64,000 bases of DNA from Mizuhopecten yessoensis (taxonomy: Eukaryota), in the NCBI RefSeq assembly GCF_002113885.1, contig NW_018406352.1, positions 312,196 to 376,195 on the forward strand, read 5' to 3'. Positions 55,701-64,000 of the stretch are shown here, piece after piece; the first letter of the stretch is position 1; each line of letters starts with the position of its first letter. The position numbers and the translations under genes are program-made. Under the pieces are notes generated by a model that had not been told where the DNA came from, did no database searches, and worked only from the letters and a program-made list of their open reading frames with translations.

Positions 55701-58700
55701 GCCATTTTTCCGTTATTTTGAATGATTGACTGTTCTATTCGTTAAATTCCAATATCTCCAAACAAATATTAGCAGGATACTGTAGCGGAAGTTTCGTTTG
55801 GAATCACAATGTGAAGTTCTAAATTCGGGTTTAAAATTCTGCATTCAATTAATGCGATTTTTCTAATTATGCAGATTATGCGAGACCCCCTGTACGCTAC
55901 TTGGTCCTGTAGATAGTAAAAATATTGATTGACCATTAATCCGGCTGTCATTCAAACAAGTTTTATTTTTAAGTTATGATGTCGGCGACTTGAAGTTATT
56001 GGTTTTCGGATATAATTTTATCCCTGTGGGTGATACATGAATAATGCAGGCCAGACATTTATCTCGGAACAATTAATGTTGTTTCGCCAACATCACGTTA
56101 ACGATTTTCCCAGGATATGTTGGTCCCCGGGGTGACATAACATCGAATCAGGTCAACCTTACAAATCTCTGATCCTATTGGTCTAATTTTTCATTGATTC
56201 AGCAGCAACAAGTGACTGACCTCTTGAAGGATTCATATACTAGTATATTGTTTTAAGCGATTTATTCTGATAACTGCAAATTATTTAACCAATACCAATA
56301 ATTATTTTCACGATTTGCTTAAAGCAAAGATTTGACTCCTCATGTGATTTTGCTGAGATCGGGATTAAACGACTTTGTAACCTAAAAGAGCATATGAAGA
56401 CATGTGTCATTGGAGTAAATAGGAGGGAAAACGAAAGACAAAATATCTGAATATTGCAACTGGTGTAGCAGATCAATGTTTGATCCTTCAGTGTCCTGTA
56501 AGCAGAAACCCCTCACTTTTGCATTGAGGAGTGGGACGACTGGTTCGCCCGTTGACAGTATAATGTGACCGGGTGGGGTGTCCTGCTGGATGTCTTCGGC
56601 AGTATGTTTCAGTGAGGTAGCACTATAAAGTCGGCATCAGTTCCACGCGATCACAAGGAGACAAAAACAAATATATCGCAGCCTCTCAAAACACAAACGC
56701 ATACACCACACGCATGCATCTTGCACACAGGGGAGGCCGTCCTTAAACGACCATAGCTGTTGATATGACGTTAAACAACACTAAACAAAACCAAACCCTC
56801 ACTTTTGCAATGGCCCTTGATAGTTGCCTCATAAGCACATGCAGTGGGATACAAAAGATCAATTCGTTTCATGAGGCAGTGCAGGTAGCCTCTTTAAATG
56901 ATTTCCAGGACACGTAGAAACATGTCTCTCGCTCAATATGATTGATTTAAAATAAACATTTATCCAAGCGAAATGTAATTATTTAGGAACAAATCGGGAA
57001 CATCGAAATGAAAACGAAACAATAGTTCAAACTCAAAATTGATAACACTATGAGCTTTGAACAAAGGAGAGATATATATCAAAGCTTTAAGCGATAGGAC
57101 CATGTGTTGCGGAATGGTAAGCGTCTTTTGCTTCATCGTCGAAACCCGCTACGAAAATTTGTGTCAGATCCAAATTATTGGAGCGTCCTGGAGATACGAT
57201 ATGTATAGCGAAACATTTTTCTGACCGTGCAACCATGTAACGATTTTCAAAATCTACCCCAAAGATTTTGCATTGTAGTTTAAATTCGATCTCCTGCTTT
57301 TATTAAGGTTTGTTAGATCACAAAAGTAACGATAATATTCAAACAGCTTTTACGTGGTTATTTATATGGTCCAAATGGAATCGGTATTAAGCATCAATCG
57401 AACAGTTATGAACTGAAGTGATCTATGGTGGATTAAATTATAAAGTCCTACATCAGTGATCTATGGTGGATTAAATTATAAAGTCCTAGATCAGTGATCT
57501 ATGGTGGATTGAATTATAAAGGCCTACATCAGTGATCTATGGTGAATTAAATTATAAAGTCCTAGATCAGTGATCTATGGTGGATTGAGTTATAAAGTCC
57601 TACCCCAGTGATCTATGGTGGATTAAAGTATAAAGTCCTACATCAATGATCTATGGTGGATTGAATTATAAAGGCCTACATCAGTGATCTATGGTGGATT
57701 GAGTTATAAAGTCCTACATCAGGGATCTATGGTGGATTGAATTATAAAGGCCTACATCAGTGATCTATGGTGAATTAAATTATAAAGTCCTAGATCAGTG
57801 ATCTATGGTGGAGTAAATTATAAAGTCCTACAACAGTGATCTATGGTGGATTGAGTCATAAAGTCCTACATCAGTGATATATGGTGGAGTAAATTATAAA
57901 GTCCTACATCAATGATCTATGGTGGATTGAGTTATAAAGTCCTACACCAGTGATCTATGGTGGATTGAATTATAAAGGCCTACATCAGTGATCTTTGGTT
58001 GAATTAATTATAAAGTCCAACATCAGTGATCTATGGTGAATTGAATTATAAAGTCCTACATCAGTGATTTATGGTGGATTGAATTATTAAGTCCTACATC
58101 AGTGATCTTTGGTTGAATTAATTATAAAGTCCTACATCAGTGATTTATGGTGGATTAAATTATAAAGTCCTACATCAGTGATCTATGGTGGAGTAAATTA
58201 TAAAGTCCTACATCAGTGATCTTGGTGGATTAAATTATAAAGTCCTACATCAGTGATCTATGGTGGATTAAATTATAAAGTCCTACATCAGTGATTTATG
58301 GTGGATTGAATTATTAAGTCCTACATCAGTGATCTTTGGTTGAATTAATTATAAAGTCCTACATCAGTGATTTATGGTGGATTAAATTATAAAGTCCTAC
58401 ATCAGTGATCTATGGTGGAGTAAATTATAAAGTCCTACATCAGTGATCTTGGTGGATTAAATTATAAAGTCCTACATCAGTGATCTATGGTGGATTAAAT
58501 TATAAAGTCCTACATCAGTGATCTATGGTGGATTGAATTATAAAGTCCTACATCAGTGATCTATGGTGGATTGAATTATAAAGTCCTACATCAGTGATCT
58601 ATGGTGAATTAAATTATAAAGTCCTACATCAGTGATCTTTGGTGGATTAAATTATAAAGTCCTACATCAGTGATCTATGGTGGATTAAATTATAAAGTCC

Positions 58701-61700
58701 TACATCAGCGTAGAACTTTGTTACTCCAAGTTGGCGTCATTACCTTCATATTCTGTTAGAAATGTTGACTGAATATTAAGTTACTTTCACGTCTTTCCAT
58801 GAAAAGAATCGCTGTTTTTATTTATTTAGTTTTTACCTTTCAGTAAGACATTCGTTGCAAGCTTACCATTGACCAGATACAAGATGAAATGCTTTTTGTG
58901 TTTGCAAAAGAATATATCACTATGATAAGGTATCAATTCAAGTATGATTACATGATTATAATGTGCTCTTGGCTTATTTGCAAGGAATTTATTTTTTATT
59001 TTTTTAACGGATGCCTAGGGTAGGAATCACCTGTGAAACAGCAGATTTGGTTACACCTCTTGTGTTAATAAATGTTTGTGTTGGCTTTATGTTGGCTTTC
59101 CTTTTATATTGCTATTTTCTTCATTCTTAATTTTCATTCTGGCCACCACCAATCTTGATTCTCACTTTCCTAATCTTCGTTTACCGGAAAAGTGTCCATG
59201 TTATAAACATTTTCAAAATAATAGTAATATCTGTGTTTGATATTTCAGGAACTTGCCTATTTGGAGAACTCTATGAAAGCGAACATACAACGATCCTACA
59301 GAGGTAGTCAAGCGAGCGATACGGCCAGCCTGGCCTGGAATTATTTATTTTTCTCGGTAAGTGGTTAAAGATTGAAAATATTAGTTCGTAGTATAACCAA
59401 TATCATTACTCCCGCGAAATATTATGTTCCAGCAATAGATGGGATCAGGCAACGTCTAAGCCAGCTACAGTCATTTACTGGTTTTGAAAACTGCAAATTG
59501 GTTCTCTTAACTCATCCACCCCTGAAGACACATTTGAACTCTTCCAATTCAAAGGTTGATATAGCTCGTTATGAAATATTAGGGAACGAATGAGTTAATA
59601 TATATACTGTTTACGGACGACAACAAGTAAAAGTCAGAAATAGTGAATACTCGATTTACACAGGAGTCTTATTCTGTCTGTGCTCTGGAGATCAACAACC
59701 CAAACTGAACTTTGTTCCGTTAAACTGTTCAATATAAATATCAATCAAGTAACACAAATGCTACATAATTTTAATCGCATAACCTCTGTGTAAAAAGCTA
59801 GGATTTGCATATTTATACCATTTTTAAAGTTTTGTTTACTATCAAACCTGATCAAGAGACCATCACTATTAAGCGACAACCATTGCTGTGATTGTATCCT
59901 CAAAACTTCTTTTTGCAGTCAATTCTAAATAGAACCTGCTTTGAGAAAGCAATATCAATATGATCCCACTTTTTATACCTCCTAGGCGGTCTCTGAATAA
60001 AATTTAAAAGTATATGCTTGTAAAATTATGTTAGTATATTCAGATTAGAATAAACCATTATGTGATCATACAATTATGTCTTAGATCGCCGCTGGATATT
60101 TATAGAGTTCGTGATGCATTTCCTCGTTATCTCCTGATATACTACTTGTGTTTGTCCTTGTGATGTTCCATACTACTACTTGTGTGTGTCCTTATGATGT
60201 TCCATACTTCTTGTGTTTGTCCTTGTGATGTTCCATACTGCTACTTGTGTTTGTCCTTGTGATGTTCCATACTACTACTTGTGTTTGTCCTTGTGATGTT
60301 CCATACTACTACTTGTATCTGCCCTTGTGATGTTCCATACTACTACTTATGTTTGTCCTTGTGATGTTCAATACTACTACTTCTGTTTCTCCTTGTGATG
60401 TTCAATACTACTACTTGTGTTTGTCCTTGTGATGCTCTATACTACTACTTGTGTTTGTCCTTGTGATGCTCTATACTACTACTTGTGTGTGTCCTTGTGA
60501 TGTTCAATACTTCTACTTGTGTTTGTCCCTGTGATGTTCTATACTACTTGTGTGTGTCCTTGTGATGTTCCATACTACTACTTGTGTGTGTCCTTATGAT
60601 GTTCCATACTTCTTGTGTTTGTGCTTGTGATGTTCCATACTGCTACTTGTGTTTGTCCTTGTGATGTTCCATACTACTACTTGTATCTGCCCTTGTGATG
60701 TTCCATACTACTTCTTGTGTTTGTCCTTGTGATGTTCCATACTACTACTTGTATCTGCCCTTGTGATGTTCCGTACTACTACTTGTGTTTGTCCTTGTGA
60801 TGTTCATTACTACTACTTGTGTTTGTCCTTGTGATGTTCTATACTACTACTTGTGTTTGTCCTTTTGATGTTCCATACTACTTGTGTTTGTCCTTGTGAT
60901 GTTCCATAATACTACTTGTGTGTGTCCTTATGATGTTCCATACTTCTTGTGTTTGTCCTTGTGATGTTCCATACTATTTCTTGTGTTTGTCCTTGTGATG
61001 TTCCATACTATTTCTTGTGTTTGTCCTTGTGATGTTCCATACTACTTCTTGTGTTTGTCCTTGTGATGTTCCATACTACTACTTGTATCTGCCCTTGTGA
61101 TGTTCCATACTACTACTGGTGTTTGTCCTTGTGATGTTCAATACTACTACTGGTGTGTGTCCTTGTGATGTTCAATACTACTACTTGTGTTTGTCCCTGT
61201 GATGTTCTATACTACTACTTGTGTGTGTCCTTGTGATGTTCAATACTACTACTTGTGTGTTTCCTTGTGATGTTCCATACTACTACTTGTGTTTGGCCTT
61301 GTGATGTTCAATACTACTACTTGTGTTTGTCCCTGTGATGTTCTATACTACTACTTGTGTGTGTCTTTGTGATGTTCCATACTACTACTTGTGTTTGTCC
61401 TAGTGATGTTCCATACTACTACTTGTGTTTGTCCTAGTGATGTTCCATACTACTACTTGTGTTTGGCCTTGTGATGTTCAATACTACTACTTGTGCTTGT
61501 CCCTGTGATGTTCTATACTACTACTTGTGTGTTTCCTTGTGATGTTCCATACTACTACTTGTATCTGTCCTTGTGATGTTCCATACTACTCCTTGTGTTT
61601 GTCCTTGTGATGTTCAATACGACTACTTGTGTGTGTCCTTGTGATGTTCCATACTACTACTTGTATCTGCCCTTGTGATGTTCCATACTACTACTTGTGT

Positions 61701-63412
61701 CTGTCCTTGTGATGTTCAATACTACTACTTGTGTGTTTCCTTGTGATGTTCCATACTACTACTTGTATCTGCCCTTGTGATGTTCTATACTACTACTTGT
61801 GTTTTTCCTTGTGATGTTCTATACTACTACTTGTGTGTTTCCTTGTGATGTTCCATACTACTACTTGTATCTGTCCTTGTGATGTTCCATACTACTACTT
61901 GTATCTGCCCTTGTGATGTTCTATACTACTACTTGTGTGTTTCCTTGTGATGTTCCATACTACTACTTGTGTTTGGCCTTGTGATGTTCAATACTACTAC
62001 TTGTGTGTTTCCTTGTGATGTTCCATACTACTACTTGTATCTGCCCTTGTGATGTTCTATACTACTACTTGTGTTTTTCCTTGTGATGTTCTATACTACT
62101 ACTTGTGTTTTTCCTTGTGATGTTCTATACTACTACTTGTGTTTTTCCTTGTGATGTTCTATACTACTACTTGTGTTTTTCCTTGTGATGTTCTATACTA
62201 CTACTTGTGTTTGTCCTTGTAATGTTCCATACTACTACTTATGTTTGTCCTTGTGATGTTCCATAATACTACTTGTGTTTGTCCTAGTGATGTTCCACAC
62301 TACTACTTGTGTTTGTCCTTGTGATGTTCCATACTACTTCTTGTATCTGCCCTGGTGATGTTCAATACTACTTCTTGTATCTGCCCTGGTGATGTTCAAT
62401 ACTACATCTTGTATCTGCCCTTGGGATTTTCAATACTTCTTCTTATGTTTGTGATGTTCAATACTACTTTCGGTAACTTTAGCTCGGGTGTTGCGGTGCC
62501 ACTAGTTACATGGACCTTGATGACTGGAATAGGACGGCACTGGTCGGCCAACATCACAACATCACCCTACAAACGACCACTCCATTATTTTGTTGCAAAG
62601 GTCTCAAAATATTTTCTGATACCGAACCACCCAAGGGCGACAATAATTGGAACTGTGCGGCATATCCAAAGGAGAGAAATTCAAATTTTCTTACGGTTGG
62701 TATCTACGTAATAGCATTCCTTACTGATCTGAAAATCTTCGTAATATTATCCCTTACTTATCTGACAACCTTCGTAATAATTCCTCTTACTAATCTGACA
62801 ATCGTTATAATAGTATCCCTTACTCATCTGAGTAATCCTATGCGTATTCATTATTAATATGCATTTAATCGATTGACGGTCTATTCCTTATGGTTACTGT
62901 GGTTACTGTGGCTAAAAAATCGCGATAACCTTTCAATTATATTTTTTATTTAGATAAAATGTAATTAAAAGCATTTTCGTACAAAAACATTTTTTTAAAC
63001 AAAAGAATATGTCTAATTCGCGAGCGGATCTGGCCGGGTGATTGTCACGTAGACAAATTGGGTTCAATCATCTTTGTCGTAGCATTGGAGTAAAAGGCAG
63101 TGGTTTTTCCCCGGCTGACACAAATTCAGTTGGGGAATAAATAGGTATTTAAGTGGGAGCTACAGTATATATGCAAAAACAATAATCCACATAAGTAGAT
63201 GTTATGGCAGCTCCGGCGAAATTATCAGATTAAATTGATTGGTAGATTATTTTGATCGTATGAATTATTTGTTTGTATTATAATGTATAACGAAAATATG
63301 TATACATTGTTGTTTATTTATGTTGCAGGGTTGCGCTAAACAGCTCAGTACCAAGTTAAAAGAATACTCAGCTACACTTTTTGTTCTTGGAGGTATCTAC
63401 ACACTAATCATG
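22656..63412 (+). CDS. Tetraspanin-family protein, multi-exon, 3'-incomplete: join(22656..22721,40727..40963,48778..48852,59249..59356,62483..62695,63329..63412)
   Basis: Six GT-AG bounded exons splice in phase 0 into one 261-aa ORF: MKVDIKPSPLRWFLFAINIIFF/LLGFALVAAGFAVKVKGDLINGPVAELLRELNTQQDGATLADMLVTLSNLFIAIGLAGLVVSLIGCSGAGCSWRSCLIA/YGIDVIIVIVLAVVAGVLAWFLGSG/ELAYLENSMKANIQRSYRGSQASDTASLAWNYLFFS/LGCCGATSYMDLDDWNRTALVGQHHNITLQTTTPLFCCKGLKIFSDTEPPKGDNNWNCAAYPKERNSNFLT/GCAKQLSTKLKEYSATLFVLGGIYTLIM. It shows the TM1 Asn, GCxGA in TM2, CCG, PxxCC and GC before TM4. An in-frame TGA at 22629 lies upstream of the ATG. Orthologue not assignable by eye. Confidence 0.93.
23860..24990. repeat. 24-bp minisatellite in intron 1
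   Basis: gtaatgctatatagtaaaaccttt repeated ~45 times; decayed relatives from ~23560. Confidence 0.95.
26092..26182. mobile_element. 83-bp TTAA-flanked MITE (copy 2, inverted relative to copy 1)
   Basis: TTAA-ctcattcacccctgaa...ttcaggggtgaatgag-GTAA; perfect 16-bp TIR. Confidence 0.8.
27638..28415. repeat. 29-bp minisatellite, ~26 copies
   Basis: acatcatgaaacatgtgaacagtataaaa repeated. Confidence 0.96.
29044..29229. mobile_element. ~186-bp palindromic MITE (copy 2)
   Basis: ttctgtctttgcgtattgcagagttatct...agatatctctgcaatacgcaaagacggaa, with TA on both sides. Confidence 0.88.
30630..31535. repeat. 181-182 bp tandem array x5
   Basis: gtttagatgg at 30630, 30811, 30993, 31175, 31356; near-identical units. 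Confidence 0.97.
33197..33480. repeat. 32-bp minisatellite, ~9 copies
   Basis: ctaaatctacagatacctgctggtctcacaga repeated. Confidence 0.95.
34284..34615. repeat. ~177-bp tandem duplication
   Basis: atgcc.tgac.tc.tgaattt(t)aggtaaaaccaacatggcgg...aaacagaatatcatattcgttcc twice (34284, 34461). Confidence 0.85.
35999..36184. mobile_element. ~186-bp palindromic MITE (copy 3)
   Basis: ttccgtctttgcgtattgcagagttatct...agataactctgcaatacgcaaagacggaa; perfect 29-bp terminal inverted repeat, pairing continues inward. Confidence 0.9.
36757..37520. repeat. 22-bp minisatellite, ~34 copies; last unit continues at ~37884-37910 after a SINE
   Basis: taaccttctga(t/a)atatgtga(t/c)c repeated. Confidence 0.96.
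37521..37883 (+). mobile_element. Apparently full-length tRNA-derived SINE (CORE-like centre, L2-like tail)
   Basis: A box tagtctagtgg (37531), B box ggtttgagtc (37574), CORE-like gtgtctttgagcaagatacttta (37602), tail ccgctttgag...aaagcggtatataaa...(tta)n. Confidence 0.85.
38166..39318 (+). mobile_element. Non-autonomous Helentron-derived element (HINE/pearl-like) with ~6 central ~157-175 bp repeats
   Basis: 5' tttttagctcacctg-gtccgaaggacc-aaggtgagct hairpin, short cgtc repeats, repeated agcatccttggg...aattttgtataa...ggggcgggg units, 3' caggtgagcgat plus aggccctatgtgcct palindrome and cttgtt; T-rich site, no TSD. Confidence 0.85.
39835..39912 (-). mobile_element. Tc1/mariner-pogo-type terminal fragment
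   Basis: Minus strand TA-cggtcgaacctcgttatctcgaagtcgacggg...ttcgagttatccgagtgttcgagttaa, resembling TA-CAGTCGAACCTC termini with repeated subterminal motifs. Confidence 0.6.
40727..40963 (+). CDS. Tetraspanin coding exon 2 (rest of TM1, small extracellular loop, TM2, inner loop)
   Basis: Acceptor ctttctgtacttacAG, donor GCA|GTAATG; 237 nt; includes IGCSGAG. Overlaps track ORF 40745..41002. Confidence 0.93.
41925..42290. repeat. Degenerate (CAT)n microsatellite
   Basis: Interrupted catcatcat runs. Confidence 0.93.
42465..42555. mobile_element. 83-bp TTAA-flanked MITE (copy 3)
   Basis: TTAA-ctcactctcccctgaagacacatttg...ttcaagagtgaatggg-TTAA. Confidence 0.75.
43450..44330 (-). mobile_element. 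Possible highly decayed non-LTR retrotransposon (CR1/L2-like) ORF2 C-terminal remnant
   Basis: Minus-strand 146-aa open stretch in non-repetitive DNA, with scattered resemblance (EIEKL, WV..SLL, KLID, FK, PECLLS) to the region after the RT domain in invertebrate LINEs; weak. Confidence 0.3.
46620..46690. repeat. (CATA)n microsatellite
   Basis: acatacatacat runs. Confidence 0.85.
48778..48852 (+). CDS. Tetraspanin coding exon 3 (TM3)
   Basis: Acceptor tcttgtttccgtttcAG, donor GGA|GTAAGT; 75 nt hydrophobic exon starting with Tyr, as typical for tetraspanin TM3 exons. Confidence 0.9.
48886..48923 (+). ncRNA. Degenerate hammerhead-like motif (copy F) at the start of tetraspanin intron 3
   Basis: CCGATTA-GTCC taaat AGAC-GAAAC agct GTA-tgatac; 5' arm of helix I missing. 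Confidence 0.55.
50420..51110. repeat. Compound minisatellite of 29-bp and 25-bp units
   Basis: cacacaaggacaaatataagcggatacag alternating with cacacaaggacaacatatatcacag. Confidence 0.93.
53940..54125. mobile_element. ~186-bp palindromic MITE (copy 4)
   Basis: ttccgtctttgcgtgttgcagagttatct...agataactatgcaacacgcaaagacggaa. Confidence 0.9.
56524..56795 (+). mobile_element. 5'-truncated Meta/MESC-like SINE with perfect 14-bp TSD
   Basis: TSD ccctcacttttgca at 56510-56523 and 56796-56809; core cagtataatgtgaccgggtggggtgtc...cagtgaggtagcactataaag; tail gacgttaaacaacactaaacaaaaccaaa. Confidence 0.88.
57417..58708. repeat. 38-bp minisatellite, ~34 copies
   Basis: agtgatctatggtggattaaattataaagtcctacatc repeated. 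Confidence 0.97.
59249..59356 (+). CDS. Tetraspanin coding exon 4 (large extracellular loop helices A/B)
   Basis: Acceptor tgtttgatatttcAG, donor TCG|GTAAGT; 108 nt; ends AWNYLFFS immediately before the CCG exon. Confidence 0.9.
59507..59598. mobile_element. ~84-bp TTAA-flanked MITE (copy 4)
   Basis: TTAA-ctcatccacccctgaagacacatttgaactcttcc...agggaacgaatgag-TTAA. Confidence 0.78.
60139..62468. repeat. 34-bp minisatellite, ~68 copies, filling most of intron 4
   Basis: ttgtgtttgtccttgtgatgttccatactactac repeated up to ~13 nt before the exon 5 acceptor. Confidence 0.98.
62483..62695 (+). CDS. Tetraspanin coding exon 5 (CCG motif and variable region)
   Basis: Acceptor ggtaactttAG; LGCCG...PLFCC...WNC; donor ACG|GTTGGT keeps phase 0 with the next exon; 213 nt; sequons NRT and NIT. 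Confidence 0.92.
62707..62840. repeat. Degenerate ~33-34 bp repeat x4 just after the exon 5 donor
   Basis: cgtaata...cttact.atctga.aa recurs. Confidence 0.75.
63329..63412 (+). CDS. Tetraspanin coding exon 6 (GC motif, helix E, first half of TM4)
   Basis: Acceptor tttatttatgttgcAG, donor ATG|GTAATA; 84 nt; begins GC. Confidence 0.9.
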
Positions 63413-63721
63413 GTAATAGTTTATGTCAGAATTATAGCTTTACATCCGTGTTGAAGTGACATAACGAATTGAATTGAAGTCTAACTACAGCCATAAAATA
63501 TTCTAAAAAAACCCATATACATGTAATAACATTGATATCATTTCAATACATCTACTTGAGTCTTGTATATGGCCAAAAGGATGTGGTGTTTTTTTAGCAT
63601 TAGAAGCTTATTTATCAAAAATATAAAATAGTTCAGATGTTGGTCATTTATAAAAAAAGGTTCTGTTCGTAGGTACTTCTGATATCTTCAATAAGATTTA
63701 TCAGTTTGGCAATATGTGAAT

Positions 63722-63858
63722 TCAAAGTTTTACTTTCTACACAAACAATGTACGTAATAAAGGCGTCGCAACGTTTCAAGACCGCCTGGTCGCTTTGTCC
63801 AGCTATGACTGAGACACGTTCAACACGTGCATTGTTTGTGTAGAAAGTAAAACTTTGA
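63722..63858. mobile_element. 137-bp hairpin/MITE with 34-bp inverted repeats
   Basis: tcaaagttttactttctacacaaacaatgtacgt (63722-63755) vs acgtgcattgtttgtgtagaaagtaaaactttga (63825-63858), one mismatch. Confidence 0.75.
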
Positions 63859-64000
63859 TCTGAAACTCTGTTCTATATATATTTGTTGAAAATTACATTT
63901 GAAAATGTTTATTAAGCTTTTACTCGTTGACATTTAGATATATTTCATCTAACAGTGATAGAAAGGGATCATCAAACATTGTTACAAAGGGCAATAACTC

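Noticed and set aside
57417-62468. 38-bp and 34-bp repeats of CRISPR-like length
   Set aside because: Head-to-tail with no unique spacers and no cas genes, in eukaryotic introns.
62510-62857. Track ORF reading through the exon 5 donor into a hydrophobic tail (possible alternative TM4)
   Set aside because: The tail comes from a degenerate ~33-bp intronic repeat and lacks the GC cysteine supplied by exon 6; intron retention is not supported by sequence alone.

Overview
AT-rich, repeat-dense eukaryotic genomic DNA. It is probably from a bivalve mollusc, inferred from a Helentron-derived HINE, Meta/MESC-like and CORE-like SINEs and Penelope remnants. One protein-coding gene can be rebuilt by hand: a + strand tetraspanin with six phase-0 coding exons (22656-22721, 40727-40963, 48778-48852, 59249-59356, 62483-62695, 63329-63412; 261 aa so far). 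Its remaining exon(s) were not found in the window and probably lie beyond it. It has CCG, PxxCC and GC motifs and a 6-Cys large loop, but lacks the usual TM3/TM4 Glu/Gln. The rest is about 20 tandem arrays (roughly a fifth to a quarter of the window), MITEs, SINEs, a HINE and decayed retroelements. Almost all ORFs in the supplied track are artefacts of repeats. Main leads: (1) a dispersed and locally tandem repeat family carrying minimal type I hammerhead-ribozyme motifs with a non-canonical C(C/G)GAUGA core, retrozyme/Penelope-like, with one copy 33 nt after a tetraspanin donor site; (2) a 48-codon Cys-rich uORF whose stop overlaps the tetraspanin start (AUGA); (3) an intronic 181-bp array whose units carry splice acceptor/donor pairs and a hairpin over the donor; (4) a 2.3-kb nearly AG-free satellite abutting the acceptor of the CCG exon. 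All family assignments come from motif recognition, not database searches.
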